From NCBI RefSeq assembly GCF_030028105.1, contig NC_092379.1:25785821-25849820 (forward strand): a stretch of 64,000 bases of DNA, in the 5' to 3' direction. The position numbers and the translations under genes were made by a program. This DNA is from Mobula birostris (Eukaryota). The notes beneath the pieces are model-generated. The model saw nothing but the letters and a program-made list of their open reading frames with translations. It ran no database searches and was not told where the DNA came from. Positions 21,661 through 35,285 of this stretch are shown piece by piece (the first letter of the stretch is position 1; each line of letters begins with the position of its first letter).

Positions 21661-22649
21661 TATAAAGCGGAGTCAGACAAATATTTTATATGTATAATAT
21701 TAGTATCATATGAATATCAATATCTTAGTAAAATACTATCGTGAGAGGACTGTCCTGGTACTGTTTGGAAGATTTGCGTGACTAATAATCGGCGCTTCTC
21801 TGGACTATTATTTGCTCATATATCGCAGCTGATACTGTTCACGTCTGCAGCAAACTGTTCCTGTGATGCCAAACCTGCTTCAATCACACGGATATTGGAA
21901 AGCAGAAACGAATGCCTTCTCTGACAGCGTCCCATGACTGTGGTTTTAGATCGGACCTTTAAGTTAATTATTTAAAAGAGCTGCATTGGTAAGCAGTCCG
22001 TAATATCTTTGGACAGGTTGATGCGTCATGGTAAAAGGACAGCGGTGCAATATATCCACCCTAAATTGAGCTGAATTGCGAGGAACATTGCAATATCTGT
22101 CTCTATTTTCGTTGGCTTCCCCGCTACGTATCCTGCCGGAGATTTCTAATCAGAGACACTGCATTTTCTTTATCCAATCCAGTCTGAAATTCGCATTTCA
22201 ATGAGGCGCCTTTTGGTTCTGCAACCAGCTCCATGTTCTCCATAGACGCCATTGATACTCTATGTGTTTTAGGGTAATATGACTCGCGCTTGAGCTCCAG
22301 TCTTCTATAGTTGCTGTACCTCGTTGGACACTATTTAGTCGGCATACCTGCTACACACAAAGAGATCTCAATTTGTCATATTGGCAACGATAGCCCCCCA
22401 TGACTTATTACAGTCGCTTCGATATACTTTGAGACTGCTGCAGAAATCATATTTTCATATCAAATCTGAATAACATTGCTAAAATTTGTATATATTGAAC
22501 ATCTCTGACTTGCTCGGAAGAATATCTATGATTAATTCGATATTTACATTAGTATTGGATTGTGCAGGACCTTGGGCCTACAATATTAGCTCGCCCTGTT
22601 AACCGCACACAATCAATTTAACCGTCTATCTCGTATAAATTTCAATTAT

Positions 22650-24400
22650 TACATCCGAGCCAATGCGAGAGCTTGACACACTTAAATGTATCTTACTCCG
22701 CCACGACCGCTGGCAATTCACACTACTGCCAATTGTTGCATAGAGGGAAGTCGAAATTTGAGAGCGAACATAAACTTTCCTACAAACGCTTTAAAGATAC
22801 AACTTCTCATAGTTGCTACTTCCAACCTGGAGGGGGAAAAAAAAAACTCTCTGGCTGAACACTTTCATATTTAATACCACAACTACATCACGTTCCATAC
22901 CAGTTCTTTCCAAGCAAACAACACAAGCTCGCTCAAGCTTTCCTCAGATGCCATGTTTTAGATTGTGAAAAGCATACTGTTACTTCTAATCTGCATCCTC
23001 ACTACCGCACACAAGTCCTTCCTATCACGATACCACAAGAACTGGATAAAATATTCACGATGCAAATGTGCTCTAACCACATTTTGACGGTGCTACAATA
23101 TTGCCTTTCAATTATTGGCCTGTTACCCGTTTAATAAAGGCCAATACACCATTTTATCTTCTCCATCTGATCAAATGGCCCAACAAATTTGAGGAATCTA
23201 TAAATATGAACTCAAAATTTCTGTAATTCAACAGTTAATGTTATTTCATTCACCACACATGCTGCTTCTCAGTTGCATAATGTAAATTGAACAACTTCAG
23301 AGTACTGCCAAACCAGCTTCCAGCTGCACAGTCCGTCTAACTCCCTCGATAACATACACTAATATTGTACTCTATTTAAAGAGTTATCTAATATGTAACC
23401 GCCCTTCCACTTATTCAATGACGGCATTTACAAAAAAAAAAAAAAAAAAAAAGAAAACACAACACAGAAACAGAAAGAGCCGGTATCCCAGAAGATATAC
23501 CCATCGCACACAATTCGTCAGGGACCTCCAGATCGATACACTCCATTCACTACAAGTATATGCCTTCTGCATGCAGGTTAATTCTGCTTAATTCTAAAGC
23601 AGTCATTGTTTCCTACATTTCCTAAATGCCTCAGCATACCTAAGCAATGTAGTAGAATGCATTTCGTAAATACAATATTCTGCATTATTTTTTCGATCTT
23701 CCTGGATTTGCATTGCCTCTTCCTCAAAGAATTCTATAAGTCCAGCTAGGAATGAGATTCCACTCCCAAATGCATAGTGTCTGCACCTAATCTTCTCTAA
23801 ATATTCATATACCCCATCACGACACAACTTCTCCAGCAGCTTGTCACAACTGAAGTAAGCTTACTGATGTATGTTTCCCAGTCTCATTAATATAATGCAC
23901 ATTGTCAGTGGTTATCGCAAGAACAGTTATCTAATATCAAGCATTCACTACAGCCGTTACGACACAGGTTCAATATCGTCATCTTGCACTAGACGTATCT
24001 AATTGTCTTGAGTCAACTTATGTTATCACTGTCCAACAGAGTCTTACAATTATCGCAAAAATATCCCCGAAAATCAGCAAAGGTTATGCTGCGCACTGCC
24101 ATCACACACCAACTCTAGAGCATTCGACAAGAATGCTGCAACAAGGTCTGCTACCAGGTCAGCTTCGCAAACAACAGTCTCCCTCCTCATATATGCCGGC
24201 AGGCTCCGACGACTTACTGACGAACTCCCTTCAAAATATTCCGGCCGTCTCCTTCTCTAAATAATGGGCGGACGCACCGAAACCACGGCCTCTGCACGAC
24301 AAACAGAAGTGCTGTTTCTCTGATGAACTAACAGCTCAGTCACAGAATAACACTGTAGTACCTTAAGTTTCTGGAGCAGAACTTACATGTGGTCGTAAGA
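22650..24400 (-). mobile_element. Very old CR1-like remnant (ORF1/endonuclease region)
   Basis: Only weak antisense motif remnants. Confidence 0.25.
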
Positions 24401-24889
24401 AACACACATATAAAAGCAAAAAAAAAAAAAAAGGAAAGAAAGAAAAAACACTTCTTCAGGAAGGTTTACTGTAGTATTCGAAAATATTTCGCTCGTTTTG
24501 TTTTTTTTTTCGTTTTTTTTTTTCTTTAGGTTTATGAATGCTCTTCCTAGTCGTGCCTGTCGTTCTTTTGCTCTCGGGAATCACCAGAATGGAATGCCTC
24601 AGAACTACCCCACTGCACAACTCGATAGCTCGATGGTCATTATTAATTCCACAGCTTTTGTTTCGCGTATGCACAGCATGTTTTCGGAATCACATACTCA
24701 TTCACAGCGGACTTAATAGCGTCACGACGAATTGTGACATACTCTTTCAGACTAGAAATCAATATTTGAATACAGTCCAGTCTAGCGATTAAAGGCAATA
24801 ATGCAAACGCACTTGCACATCATTTGTCCATACAGTAACTCCCACTATTTTTTTCTTGCGACATTTAGATTCTACTTATGGACAGTGAG

Positions 24890-25420
24890 TAGAAGTATAA
24901 TCAGTTAATACAACGTTCCAAAGTCTAAGCGTGGGATGGCATGATAAGCTCTTGATAGTCGCGTGTATGTGGTCCAGGCTGTTGTCTCCTCTGGGTGTAC
25001 AAGCGATTGCTGGCAATAACTATTTCGATATCTTTTCAGGCTAGCCAGTATAAAATACAACAGAATGATGTTGAAGTTATCATGTTGCGATGTTTCATGC
25101 TTATTGATTGCGTTACTCACTTCGACTCTATCCTGCTTGACACTGTGCAGAGGTGGGATGTACACCGCTACTAGGATGATGACAGAATACTCCAATGGCA
25201 TATAACATGGAAGGCACTTGATCGCCTGATCTTGCAAGAGGTATAAGCAGTACTGCGACTCCACTACAACGTTTGTGCAACAGAATACATACTATATCTC
25301 TTCTACCTTTCATAGACTCAGCAGTCCTATCTTGGCAGTAAATTCTGAATCCACAGATATGTATTGCTGTGTCTGCAATGGAGGAGCATGTTCAGATGTT
25401 CAGAAAATAAATAACCAAAA
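24890..25420 (-). mobile_element. Rex1/Babar-like LINE endonuclease-region fragment
   Basis: Minus ORF ...CYMPLEYSVIILVAVYIPP... resembles the LPREFS.V...AVYIPP motif. Confidence 0.7.
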
Positions 25421-25700
25421 ACAAATGCAACTCATCACAATAACTCCCCCAAACTGAAACCTGATACCAACGAAATAGAAAGGAAAACTGTAGCAGGAAC
25501 TGAAAAAGAAAAACAGGGCGTTAGGATTGTATCTGAGAAGCAGGAACTCAAAGGTAGTAATCTCAGGATTCCTGCCTGATTCACGCGACAGTGAGAAGAG
25601 GAATAGAATGATGTACCAGATAAAAAAAATATGCTTCAAGATTAGGGGAACGGGGCAGGGATTCTGATTTGTAATTAATTGCTATATATTCTTGAAAAGT

Positions 25701-27410
25701 TAGAACCATAGAACCATAGAAACAGCAGCACGGAAACAGGCCTTTTGGCCCTTCTTGGCTGTGCCGATCCATTTTCTGCCTAGTCCCACTGATCTGCACA
25801 CGGACCATATCCCTCCCTATTCCTCCCATCCATGTATCTGTCCAATTTATTCTTAAATGTTAAAAAAAAGAACCCGCATTTACCACCTCAGCTGACAGCT
25901 CATTCCATACACCCACCACTCTCTGTGTGAAGAAGCCCCCTCCTAATGTTCCCTTTAAACTTTCCCCCCCTCACCCTTAAACCATGTCCTCTGTTTTTTT
26001 TTGTTCTCCCCTTGCCTCAGTGGAAAAAGCCTGCTTGCATTCACTCTATCTATAGCCATCATAATTTTATATACCTCTATCAAATCTCCCCTCATTCTTC
26101 TACGCTCCAGGGAATAAAGTCCTAACCTATTCAACCTTTCTCTGTAACTGAGTTTCGCAAGTCCCGGCAACATCCTTGTAAACCACCTCTGCACTCCTTC
26201 AACCTTATTTATATCCTTCCTGTAATTTGGTGACCACAATTGAAAACAATACTCCAGATTCGGCCTCACCATTGCCTTATACAACCTCATCATAACATTC
26301 TAGCTATTATACTCGATAATTTGATTAATAAAGGCCAATGTACCAAAAGCTCTCCTTACGACCCTATCTACGTGTGACGCCACTTTTAGGGAATTTGGTA
26401 TCTGTATTCCCAGATCCCTCTCTTCTACTGCACTTCTCAGTGCCCTACCATTAATCCTGTATGTTCTACCTTGGTTTGTCCTTCCAACGTGCAATACCTC
26501 ACACTTGTCAGTATTAAACTCCATCTGCCATTTTTCAACCCATTTTTCCAACTGGTCCAAGTCCACCTGCAGGCTCTGAAAACCTTTCTCACTCTCTACT
26601 ACACCTCCAATCTTTGTATCATCAGCAAATTTGCTGATTCAATTTACCTCATTATCATCCAGATCATTGATATAGATGACAAATAACAATGGACCCAGCA
26701 CTGACACCTGTCGCACACCACTAGTCACAGGCCTCCACTCAGAGAAACAATTCTCTACTACCACTCTTTGGCTTCTTCCATTGAGCCAATGTCTAATCCA
26801 ATTTACCACCTCTCCATGTATACCTAGCGACTGAATTTTCCTATCTAACCTCCCACGCGGGAACTTGTCAAAGGCCTTACTGAAGTCCATGTAGACAATA
26901 TCCACTGCCTTCCCTTCATCCACTTTCCTGATAACCTCCTCGGAAAACTCCAATAGATTGGTCAGACATGACCTACTACGCTCAAAGCCATGTTGACTCT
27001 CCTTAATAAGTCCCTGTCTATCCGAATGCTTGTAGATTCTGTCTCTTAGTACTCCCTCCAATAACTTACCTACTACCGACGTTAAACTTACCGGCCTATA
27101 ATTTGCCGGATCACTTTTCGATTCTTTTTTAAACAACTTAACATCATGAGCCACTCTCCAATCCTCCGGCACCTCACCTGTAGACAGCGACATTTTAAAT
27201 ATATCTGCCAGGGCTCCGGCATTTCAACACTAGTCTCCTTCAAGGTCCGAGGGAACACCCTGTCAGGTCCCGTGGAGTTATCCACTTTAATTTTCCTCAA
27301 GACAGCAAGCACCTCCTCCTTTTCAATCTGTACAGTCTCCATGATCTCACTACTTGATTCCCATAATTCCATAGACTTCATGCCAATTTCCTTAGTAAAT
27401 ACAGACGCAA
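25701..27410 (-). mobile_element. 5'-truncated CR1 LINE (RT domain and 3' UTR)
   Basis: Minus ORFs NYRPVSLTSVVGKLLE, SQHGF..RSCLTNLLEF, VYMDFSKAFDK, SVLGPLLFVIYINDLD and LYKAMVRPNLEYCFQLWSP. The 3' tail is (TTCTATGG)n, read at 25701-25723. Confidence 0.95.
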
Positions 27411-27424
27411 GTTCGGAGCTATAT

Positions 27425-28147
27425 ATAGGGCGTGATTCACCTGAATCCGCAGGGGAGCAATATTCTTGAGGGAAGATTTCTGGAGCAGTTGGGGGTGTTT
27501 GAGAATAATATGGAAGTATAATAGAGCTGGGGATGAGCAGGACGTTTACAAGTGGCTGATTTTCGAAATATAAATGTTAGTCAGGACCCTACAATGATCG
27601 GGTACAAATGCACGCAGTACGAAGAGTTAAGTTAGACCACATAGACAAAATTCAAACTGGCAAAAATGCACTGTTCTTGGTGTTGTATTTAAATTCGAGC
27701 AGCACTCTGAATACGTTGGAAGAACTCGTGCTCCAATTGCGGATTGGGCGGTACGTCGCTGAGGGCATCACTAAATCGTGGCTGAGGGAAGGCCATAGTT
27801 TGGAACTTGACATCAAAGATAAACTTTGTATCGAGAGGACAGAGAAGACGTCAAAGGTGGTTGTCTGCCTCTGTTAATAAGAGATGGAAATACATCTTTA
27901 GAAAGTGGTGACATAAGTCAGAGAACATTCATTTTTCTTGGGGATGGAGTTAACCAAACACAAGAATTAAAAAAAAAAATAGGATCATTATGGGAATATA
28001 TGTAGTCCTCCACGTTGTACCAAGATGTGGGATTGAGATTGCAAAGGGTGCTGAAAAAGGAATTTAATGAGGGTAATTCTACCATTGTAGTGGGGGACTT
28101 CAGTTTGCAAAGGGATTGGGAATATCGGATTGCCGTCGGATCGCCAA

Positions 28148-28184
<37 letters not shown>

Positions 28185-29900
28185 CCTACGATTGGCTTTA
28201 TAAAGCAACGGATGCTTGAGCCTACTCGAGGAGAGGCTACTTCGGATTAGGTGTTGCGTAGTGACACAGATTTTTGTAGGGAACATAACGGAAAGGAAGT
28301 CTTAGACCGTAGTTATCATAATAGAATTGAATTCAGACTGCAATTTGAACGGAAGAAGCATAACTCAAATTTATGAGTATCGGAATGGAATAACGAGAAA
28401 TATAGAGGCAGGAAATGGGAGCTTGCACGAATGGATTGCAGGAAGATACTGACAGAAATGACGGCAGAGCAGAAATGGCTGAAGATTCTGGGAATAGTCA
28501 CAAGGCGCAGGGCAGATATTTTATACAAATGAATACGTTCTCAAATGGCCGGTGAAGCCAACCGTGACTGACAAAGGAAGTTAAGGACTGCATAAGAATC
28601 AAGGAAAGTGCATATAAAGTAGCTAAAGTGAGCGTGAAGTCATATGATTGGGAAGATTTCAAAATTCAACAAAAAGACAACTGAAATCTATAAGAAACGG
28701 AAGAAAAAAAGTGATGAAATATGAGCGCAGACTTCCTAATAATATAAAGAAAGATAGCACTTTTTTTTTTCTTGCGCATATTAAGAGTCAAAGAGAGGTG
28801 GATTTTGATATTATACAATTGGAACATTATGCTGTTCAGGTAGTAATGTGGATGGAGCAAATCAGTGACAGCTGGACGTAATTGGAACTTTGCATTTTTC
28901 TCCACTGTGGACGACAGTAGAAGTGTGCCAGGGTCCAATGAGCCTCAGGAGCAAGGGTTAGTGCCATTGCCATCACAAATGATATAGTTCTGGGCAATCT
29001 CAACGTCTTCAGCTGCATAAGTGTCCTGGACAGAAGTAACTACGTCCTCGAGTCCTAAGAGTGGTTTCTGAAGGGACAACGGGTGCATTGGTCATGATGG
29101 TGCAATAACCACTTGATTCTCGCATCGTCCTGGAGGAGTGGAATTAAGCAGGCGGGAAGACAGAGAACGGAAATGACTCCTGTGGTTGGAAAGTGTTGGA
29201 AAGATTATTTTTAAGGTTGCGGTTGTACTTGGAATGAAATGTTAAAAGAAGTCAAAGTCAGCATGGTTTCAAGTATTATCTTGCCTGACAAATCTGTTAG
29301 AGTTCCTATAGGTAGTAATAAGCAGGGTGGAAAAAGGAGAGGTAGTGCATGTCATTTTCATGGCATTTTCAGAGGCGTTTAGTATGGTGCCATACATGAG
29401 CCTTCTGGACATGCTAGAATACCATGGCGTTACAGGAAAGATACTGGCACGAATAGCGGAATGGCTGACAGGCAGACTGTAGTGGATGGGAATAAAAAAA
29501 AGGGAGTCTGGTGATTTCTCCTGCGATTATTTCTGGGACCCTTATTTTGCACATTGCTATATGATTTAGATACCGGAATTGATAGCTTTTGGCAACATTT
29601 CCGGATGAAACGAATATTGGTGGAGTGCATATAGCGATCAGGAAGCAATGCATTTGTAGCAGGAGTTTGTCAAATTGAAAGATTGGACAAACAAAACAAA
29701 ACAAAAAAAAAAAAACATATGGAATGCAGTACTGGGAAAGGTATGGTAAAGTATGTTCGTTAAATGATCTGTCCGGAGCTTTCTACACGACGGAGGATGT
29801 CGCATAAAGTCAAACCCTTTCACTGCCTCAAGTCGCACTTGAGACGTAGAGCGAAACTGTTTGTCATAGGAAGACTTTATTCTACAAAGGTAGGAATGCC
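27425..29900 (+). mobile_element. Old decayed CR1 LINE (end of ORF1, endonuclease, partial RT)
   Basis: LYLNSSS..N motif (~27680), IVVGDFS, and YRRHGVTGKILA.IAEWL-like stretches; many frameshifts. Confidence 0.75.
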
Positions 29901-31035
29901 ACCACAGCAATTACTTCGGCCGGCCCAAATGGGATTATTTAAATGTTGCCATGCTGTGCATATCTGTGTAGTGTTTGTATTTTTTAAAATGTATTTTGCA
30001 TATGGTTAAAATGAACTTGATATGGATTTGAAGCTTATAATAAAGTAGGGAGGAGAATTGTTCTTTGAATATGCATTGCTATTTGTATATTATTGCAATT
30101 GTACTGTTTAATTAAGCATTCTTTGTTATTTATATATTGATGATTTGCGGGTTATCTATAAAATGCATAAATACATTTCCTCATCATTCCACCAAATGAT
30201 ACGAGCCCGGCTCACTTCTGGACAAAAAATAGTGAAGCTGGCATCACATTTGCAGCCTCCGACTTTTCCTTTAAAATGGGTTAATCCTTAGATGTTACTA
30301 ACATTACAGAGCTAAGCATCAGACTTGAATATTGGTTTTGTAATAATCGACAGTATTTCATCCTTTCTGCTCACTTTCTTCAGTATGCTTTTGCAAGGCA
30401 CTTCGCAGGTGATTTCCATTAACGGCAGCCGACTAAGTTAATCCAATCCAATTTGCTTCACTTTGTACCCTGATTCGTCCAATCAATATGTACCGTCATT
30501 TTCTTTCTGCTGCCAGACCAACTGCGAATGCACTTATATAGTTGCTTTCATGCAATGTCAATTCGACTACTGTAAATAGCTTCAGATTAGTATGTTTGCT
30601 GCTTTGTGGAGTATGAGTGTGCCTCGTCAGATTCTGTATAATGGAGGAGAACCGCCTATAACTCCTAGTGCGGTGGGGTGGTGGAGTGTTGAAAATCTGA
30701 TTTTGTTGCAAAGGTTCGATTTCATTCTTTTTCTTTTTGAGTCTGTAATGCATTTTTTTTTTTTTTTGATTGCCAGCAGTAGGAAAAAAAATGTAATTCG
30801 GTTGTGGTGTAGCGGAAGAGAAGCATTTGACTAGCTTTCATTTCGAAAACAAAATAAGATTCAAGATTGACATGGGTAACCCGCTACAGATGAGTCAGTA
30901 GATAAGCCTTCTTTGTCTTCCCTCAAAATTATTGTATTTCAATTATCTTTACTCAATAAATGCTTGCATATGTTGTGTCATCCTAAACCAAAACTTTAAG
31001 AGAGACAGTACATGAAACACGCACATCATACACGA

Positions 31036-31600
31036 GTGAGACTGCAATGTTTGAAGTTAAATCAAACAAAATGTTGTATGAACTCAAGGAGATAACCAAC
31101 ATTTATCGAGAAAAAAACATATCACAATGTTTCCATCACCAGACCTTTCATCAACGGAAGATGAACAGAGAAAGACTCTAGAATATGCGGAAGTATGCTG
31201 GAGGTAGGGGCCTTATAATGGGATAATCCAGGTGCGAGACGGTCTGAGTGGGTGGCGCAGGGAGAAAATGCGGAAATATCAAAAGTTTGGAGGAGATAGG
31301 GATGGAAGACGAGTGTTTGAAGAATACTGTATCGGATTAAATGGTGCAACAAGCGGTAACCGTGAGAAGTCAGGGACGAAGAACTAATGTTGTAGTCAGA
31401 ACATGTGGACGGTAGTGGAAAATAAAAAGGAATGAGGACATAGTGATAATCAAACACATTCCGCGGGAAATGGGTGCCCGATGTGGATACCGTAAGTTTG
31501 CAAATCTGATCAGCGTGCTCTCTCCCGAATGAACTACATGGTGCTATTTCTTCAATTTTTGTCTGCACAACGTTTTGAAAAGCGCCATGGAAATGCGGGC
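31036..31600 (-). mobile_element. Penelope-like element 3' region with decayed hammerhead core
   Basis: Minus ORF LLHHLIRYSILQTLVFHPYLLQTFDISAF resembles the PLE region upstream of GIY-YIG. The antisense core reads ttgatgaaaggtctggtgatggaaacattg (~31125-31155). Confidence 0.55.
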
Positions 31601-33396
31601 ATTCCATATCTGATTGTCAACAACGTTTGCCATTTCCTCCGGTCCCCAGCAACAAGCATTCAGCATGTGCCCTGACCTTTCAGATTTCAAAAAAAAGTAT
31701 CACTCGCTTAAAACAATGTTGCAGGCTCGATTTGTATTGCCTTATCAATCTCCCGCCACTGATCTCTGCAACCGAGCCACGTTTTGCAGTTAACGTAAAA
31801 CATCACCCCTTTCCAGCCCTCAGGACACTTGCCAGTCCATCGAGGTGAAGGAAAGTTTGACTTCACTATCCGTCGCTATCATTAAGCGTATGAGGTAGCC
31901 CTCATTCGTGTGCAGTCTCAGTTTCATCGCTGAAACTTGTCCTAGCATGGACTTTGCTTCCTAAGCAGCTGTGCTTCGCGTGCGGCAGCAGACAATTTCT
32001 TCTGGACGTGAACGCATTTAACTGCATTTCCGACACCCACAACAGCGTTTCTCTCTGCGTCCTTATGCATTGCACGTCTAGCGGAGAGGCATATTCTGTA
32101 AGTAATATTCGGTATTGAAATCTCCACAAACCTTATTTCACCTGGAAACCTACTATTTTTTGAAACGGGAACCTGTTTATCGTTGCTATGGTTAATAATA
32201 GATGAAGCAAGAACAATATTTTTTACTTTGTCCGCACACATAAAAAAAAACAAAACAAAAAAAAAAAACATCCTGTCTTATTCTGTTCCCGGCTGCTAAT
32301 TATTGGTCTAAAGAGACAATGAAACAATCACGATACACACATATATAAGGTGAACAATTTATTTGATATTCATTCTTTAGCTTTACCTTCAGAGGACATA
32401 TAGAATCCGTACATTAAAATGTGTCCAAGTATTTTTCCTGCGGCATTGACCATAGACATAGGGGCAGAATTGGGCCAGTTGGTCCATCGTGACTGGTCCA
32501 CCATTCAGTCAATGCTGATCTACTTTTCCTATAGTCAGCTCCACTCCCAAGCCATTTCCCCGTAACATTTGATACCTTGCCTAATCAAAAACCCATCAAC
32601 CTCTGCCTTAAATACACTCAACATCCTAGCCTCCAAAGCTAACTGTCGAATCAAATTCCACAATTTCAACACTTTCCAGCTGAAGAGATGTCTCTGTAGC
32701 GCTGCTGATACTGGACTGCCCTCAATCATGATGCAGTGTCTTTTTCTCGTGGGCTCCCCCCACCCCCCAAAGGAAACATTCTGTTTACGTCAACTATATT
32801 TATGCCTTTTAAAATTCGAAATGACTCAGTGAGATCACCCCGATCCTCCTCAATTCAGTGAGTACAGACGCAGAGCCATCAAATATAAAACTTCTTTTTT
32901 TCCGGAAACAGCCTTATGAACCTCCTCTGAACGCAGGCCGATGTCAGCCCATCTTTCCTTATATGATGAGCCAAAAACAGTTCGCTATACCCGAGGTGAG
33001 TCCTCACTAGTGTCTTATGAAGCCACAAAATCAGATACCTGCGTTTATATGCCTGACCTGTTGAAATGAATGCTTACATTCGATTTGCCATCCTCACCAC
33101 TGACACAACCTGCAAACTAATTGTCAAAGTTTTCTACCTAAACATGCCGCTACCCTTGTATCACATATGCTTGGATTCTCTCCCACTGTTAGAAAATAGT
33201 CTGCACTCCTATTCTACCACTAAAATACAAAAACATGCAGTTTCCAACACTGTTTCTCATTTGTCATTTCCTCGTCAATTATCCTATTCTGTCTAAGTCC
33301 TTCCGTTGCCTATCTACTTCCTCAAAACTACCTGCCCTTCCGCCAATATCCGTGTCATTTGGAAACTTGGCAGAAAAGCCAGCTATTCCAACATTT

Positions 33397-33516
33397 CCTT
33401 CCTTCACTCTTCCTTCAGTTAGTTCTGACGAAGGGTCTCGGCCTGAAACGTCGACTGCACCTCTTCCTAGAGATGCTGCCTGGCCTGCTCCGTTCACCAG
33501 CAACTTTGATGTGTGT
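33397..33516 (+). mobile_element. Young 120-bp hammerhead-containing insertion with 13-bp TSD
   Basis: TSD TATTCCAACATTT at 33384-33396 and 33517-33529. Near-identical to the right arm of the 15370 element. Confidence 0.92.
33420..33457 (+). ncRNA. Minimal type-I hammerhead ribozyme motif
   Basis: tagtt-CTGACGA-agggtctcggcct-GAAAC-GTC-gactg. Stem I tagtt/gactg pairs with two G.U wobbles, stem II is agg/cct, and predicted cleavage is after 33452. Confidence 0.75.
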
Positions 33517-34915
33517 TATTCCAACATTTAAATCGTTGACATATAGCATAAAAATAGCAGTCCTAACACATAACCCTACGGAACACCATCAGACGAGGAT
33601 CCTTTCTTTCCCACTCACTACCGCCTACCAAGGAGCTAATGCTTTAACCATGCCAGTAACGTCCCTGCAATGCGAAAGACTTTTAACTAGATAAGCAGCC
33701 TCATATGTGGCACCTTGCCAACGGCATTCCTAAAAGTACAAATATGTAACATCCTCTCCTTCCTACTTTACCCATATTGCTTGTAAACACCTCATTTAAT
33801 TCTTTACGGTACTTCCACCAAGATTTCCCTCTAAGAAAACGATGCTGGCATTGTCATCTTCTCTGGTGCCATCAAACACTAAATAGCCTCATCCTTAATA
33901 ATTGACTCCAACCTCTTACCAAGTAGTGAGATCAAGGTACCTGCTCTATATTTCTTTTTCTTTCCTTTTCTTTTTTTTTCTTTTCTGCTGCCCTCTTCTA
34001 TTTAATAAAGAGTTGGGTGGCCTATGCAATTTTGCAGTCCTTTGGTAGCAAGCCAGAGTCCATCGATTTTTGAAAGATCATTTTAATGAGCTCACAATTT
34101 CTAGTATTACCTCTTTCAGAACTCCAGAGTTCAGTTCTTCTATCTGGGTGAGTTATCTACCCTCAGGATATTTAGCTTTTTCAACACATTCTCACTTATA
34201 TGTGCACTCATTTCTCTCACGGCACACACATCAACATCTGAAACATTGCCTGTGTCATCCACAGCGAGGACTAATGCAAAACACACATTTATTTCCTCTG
34301 CAATCTCTTTGAAATGCGCTGTTATTTCTGCGGCCTCAGTTACTAGCAGCCATATACCCACACTCTTCACTCATATAATTTTATAATCCTGAAAAAAATA
34401 CTGTCCACTTTAATATTGTTTAATGGGTTGCATTGATATTTCATCTCTCCCCTACTAATGGGTACTTCAGTTGCTCTTTACAGGGTTTTAAAATGTACCC
34501 AATCTTTTATTTACCCGCTATTTTTTGCTTTGCTGTGTGACCTCTCTCTTGCTTTTCACATTAGCTTTGACATCCCTTCTCAGTGGGTTCCACACAAGCT
34601 ACCACGTCAATCCTCTCTTCAGCAATGCAGCTTGAAAACGTTTCCTTCAACATCTGAACATTTCATTTCAACTAGATACAGAGTTTCACACTGCCGTCAC
34701 TGAAGCATTCAACCTCAGGATAAAAATATTTTGAATCGAAATATGATGTAATGTGCGAGCCCTTAACGTATGGTGCAGTGGAATGTTATTTCCAAGTCTA
34801 TGTTTTCGATAACCTCAGATTCAATAGTTCCGACGGTTCCCTCTCAGTTGAGAAAACATCTTTATCTGTGGATACTTACAAATTGTCAGAAAGTCCCACA
34901 TTCGGGACGATAAAA

Positions 34916-35200
34916 ATGATTTGCATTTTTCCTGATCTTCTGTTACTGTGGATATGGTTTATTTCTGGTAACAACTCACTTCGTGATAACTACAAACGGT
35001 TGTATTGCGCAATGCATATCAAGTCCAATGCATCGCATGGATTTGTTTCTTTTTCTCAGAGAATTGTGGCTCATGAATGTAATGCAGCGGGAAATATCGA
35101 CTGGAATGGCACAACATCTCATCCTGCGGAAATAATTTGCAAATATCACTAAATTCACATATTTCTCGATCCTGTACTTAGAACTGGATGTGTAAGAAAA
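34916..35200 (+). pseudogene. Possible orphan leader exon with decayed V-exon start (V3 remnant)
   Basis: ATG 34916 encodes MICIFPDLLLLWIWFIS-G, then a phase-1 GT donor at 34968 and a polypyrimidine AG acceptor at 35058-35059. Frame-shifted remnants follow (EIICKY, NWM), but no RSS was found. Confidence 0.35.
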
Positions 35201-35270
35201 ATCATGCATGTCAGCGCAAAAAAAAAATTGCTCAATAACATCAAAATTCCGGGAAACGGGACAATGCTTC

Positions 35271-35285
35271 GCTGCCATCTGGTGG
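35271..35285 (-). promoter_or_regulatory. Strong CTCF-consensus motif
   Basis: GCTGCCATCTGGTGG is CCACCAGATGGCAGC on the minus strand. Confidence 0.55.

Larger units (their letters stand above)
32450..34720 (-). mobile_element. Decayed CR1 LINE interrupted by a young PLE-type insert
   Basis: 3' UTR and tail catagacatag at ~32452; antisense RT motifs either side of the 33397-33516 insert. Confidence 0.75.

Noticed and set aside
28150-28181. Long poly-T/poly-A runs inside old repeats (also about 3107, 23430, 43058, 47755)
   Set aside because: Likely homopolymer slippage or read error; no TSD or retro-insertion evidence.
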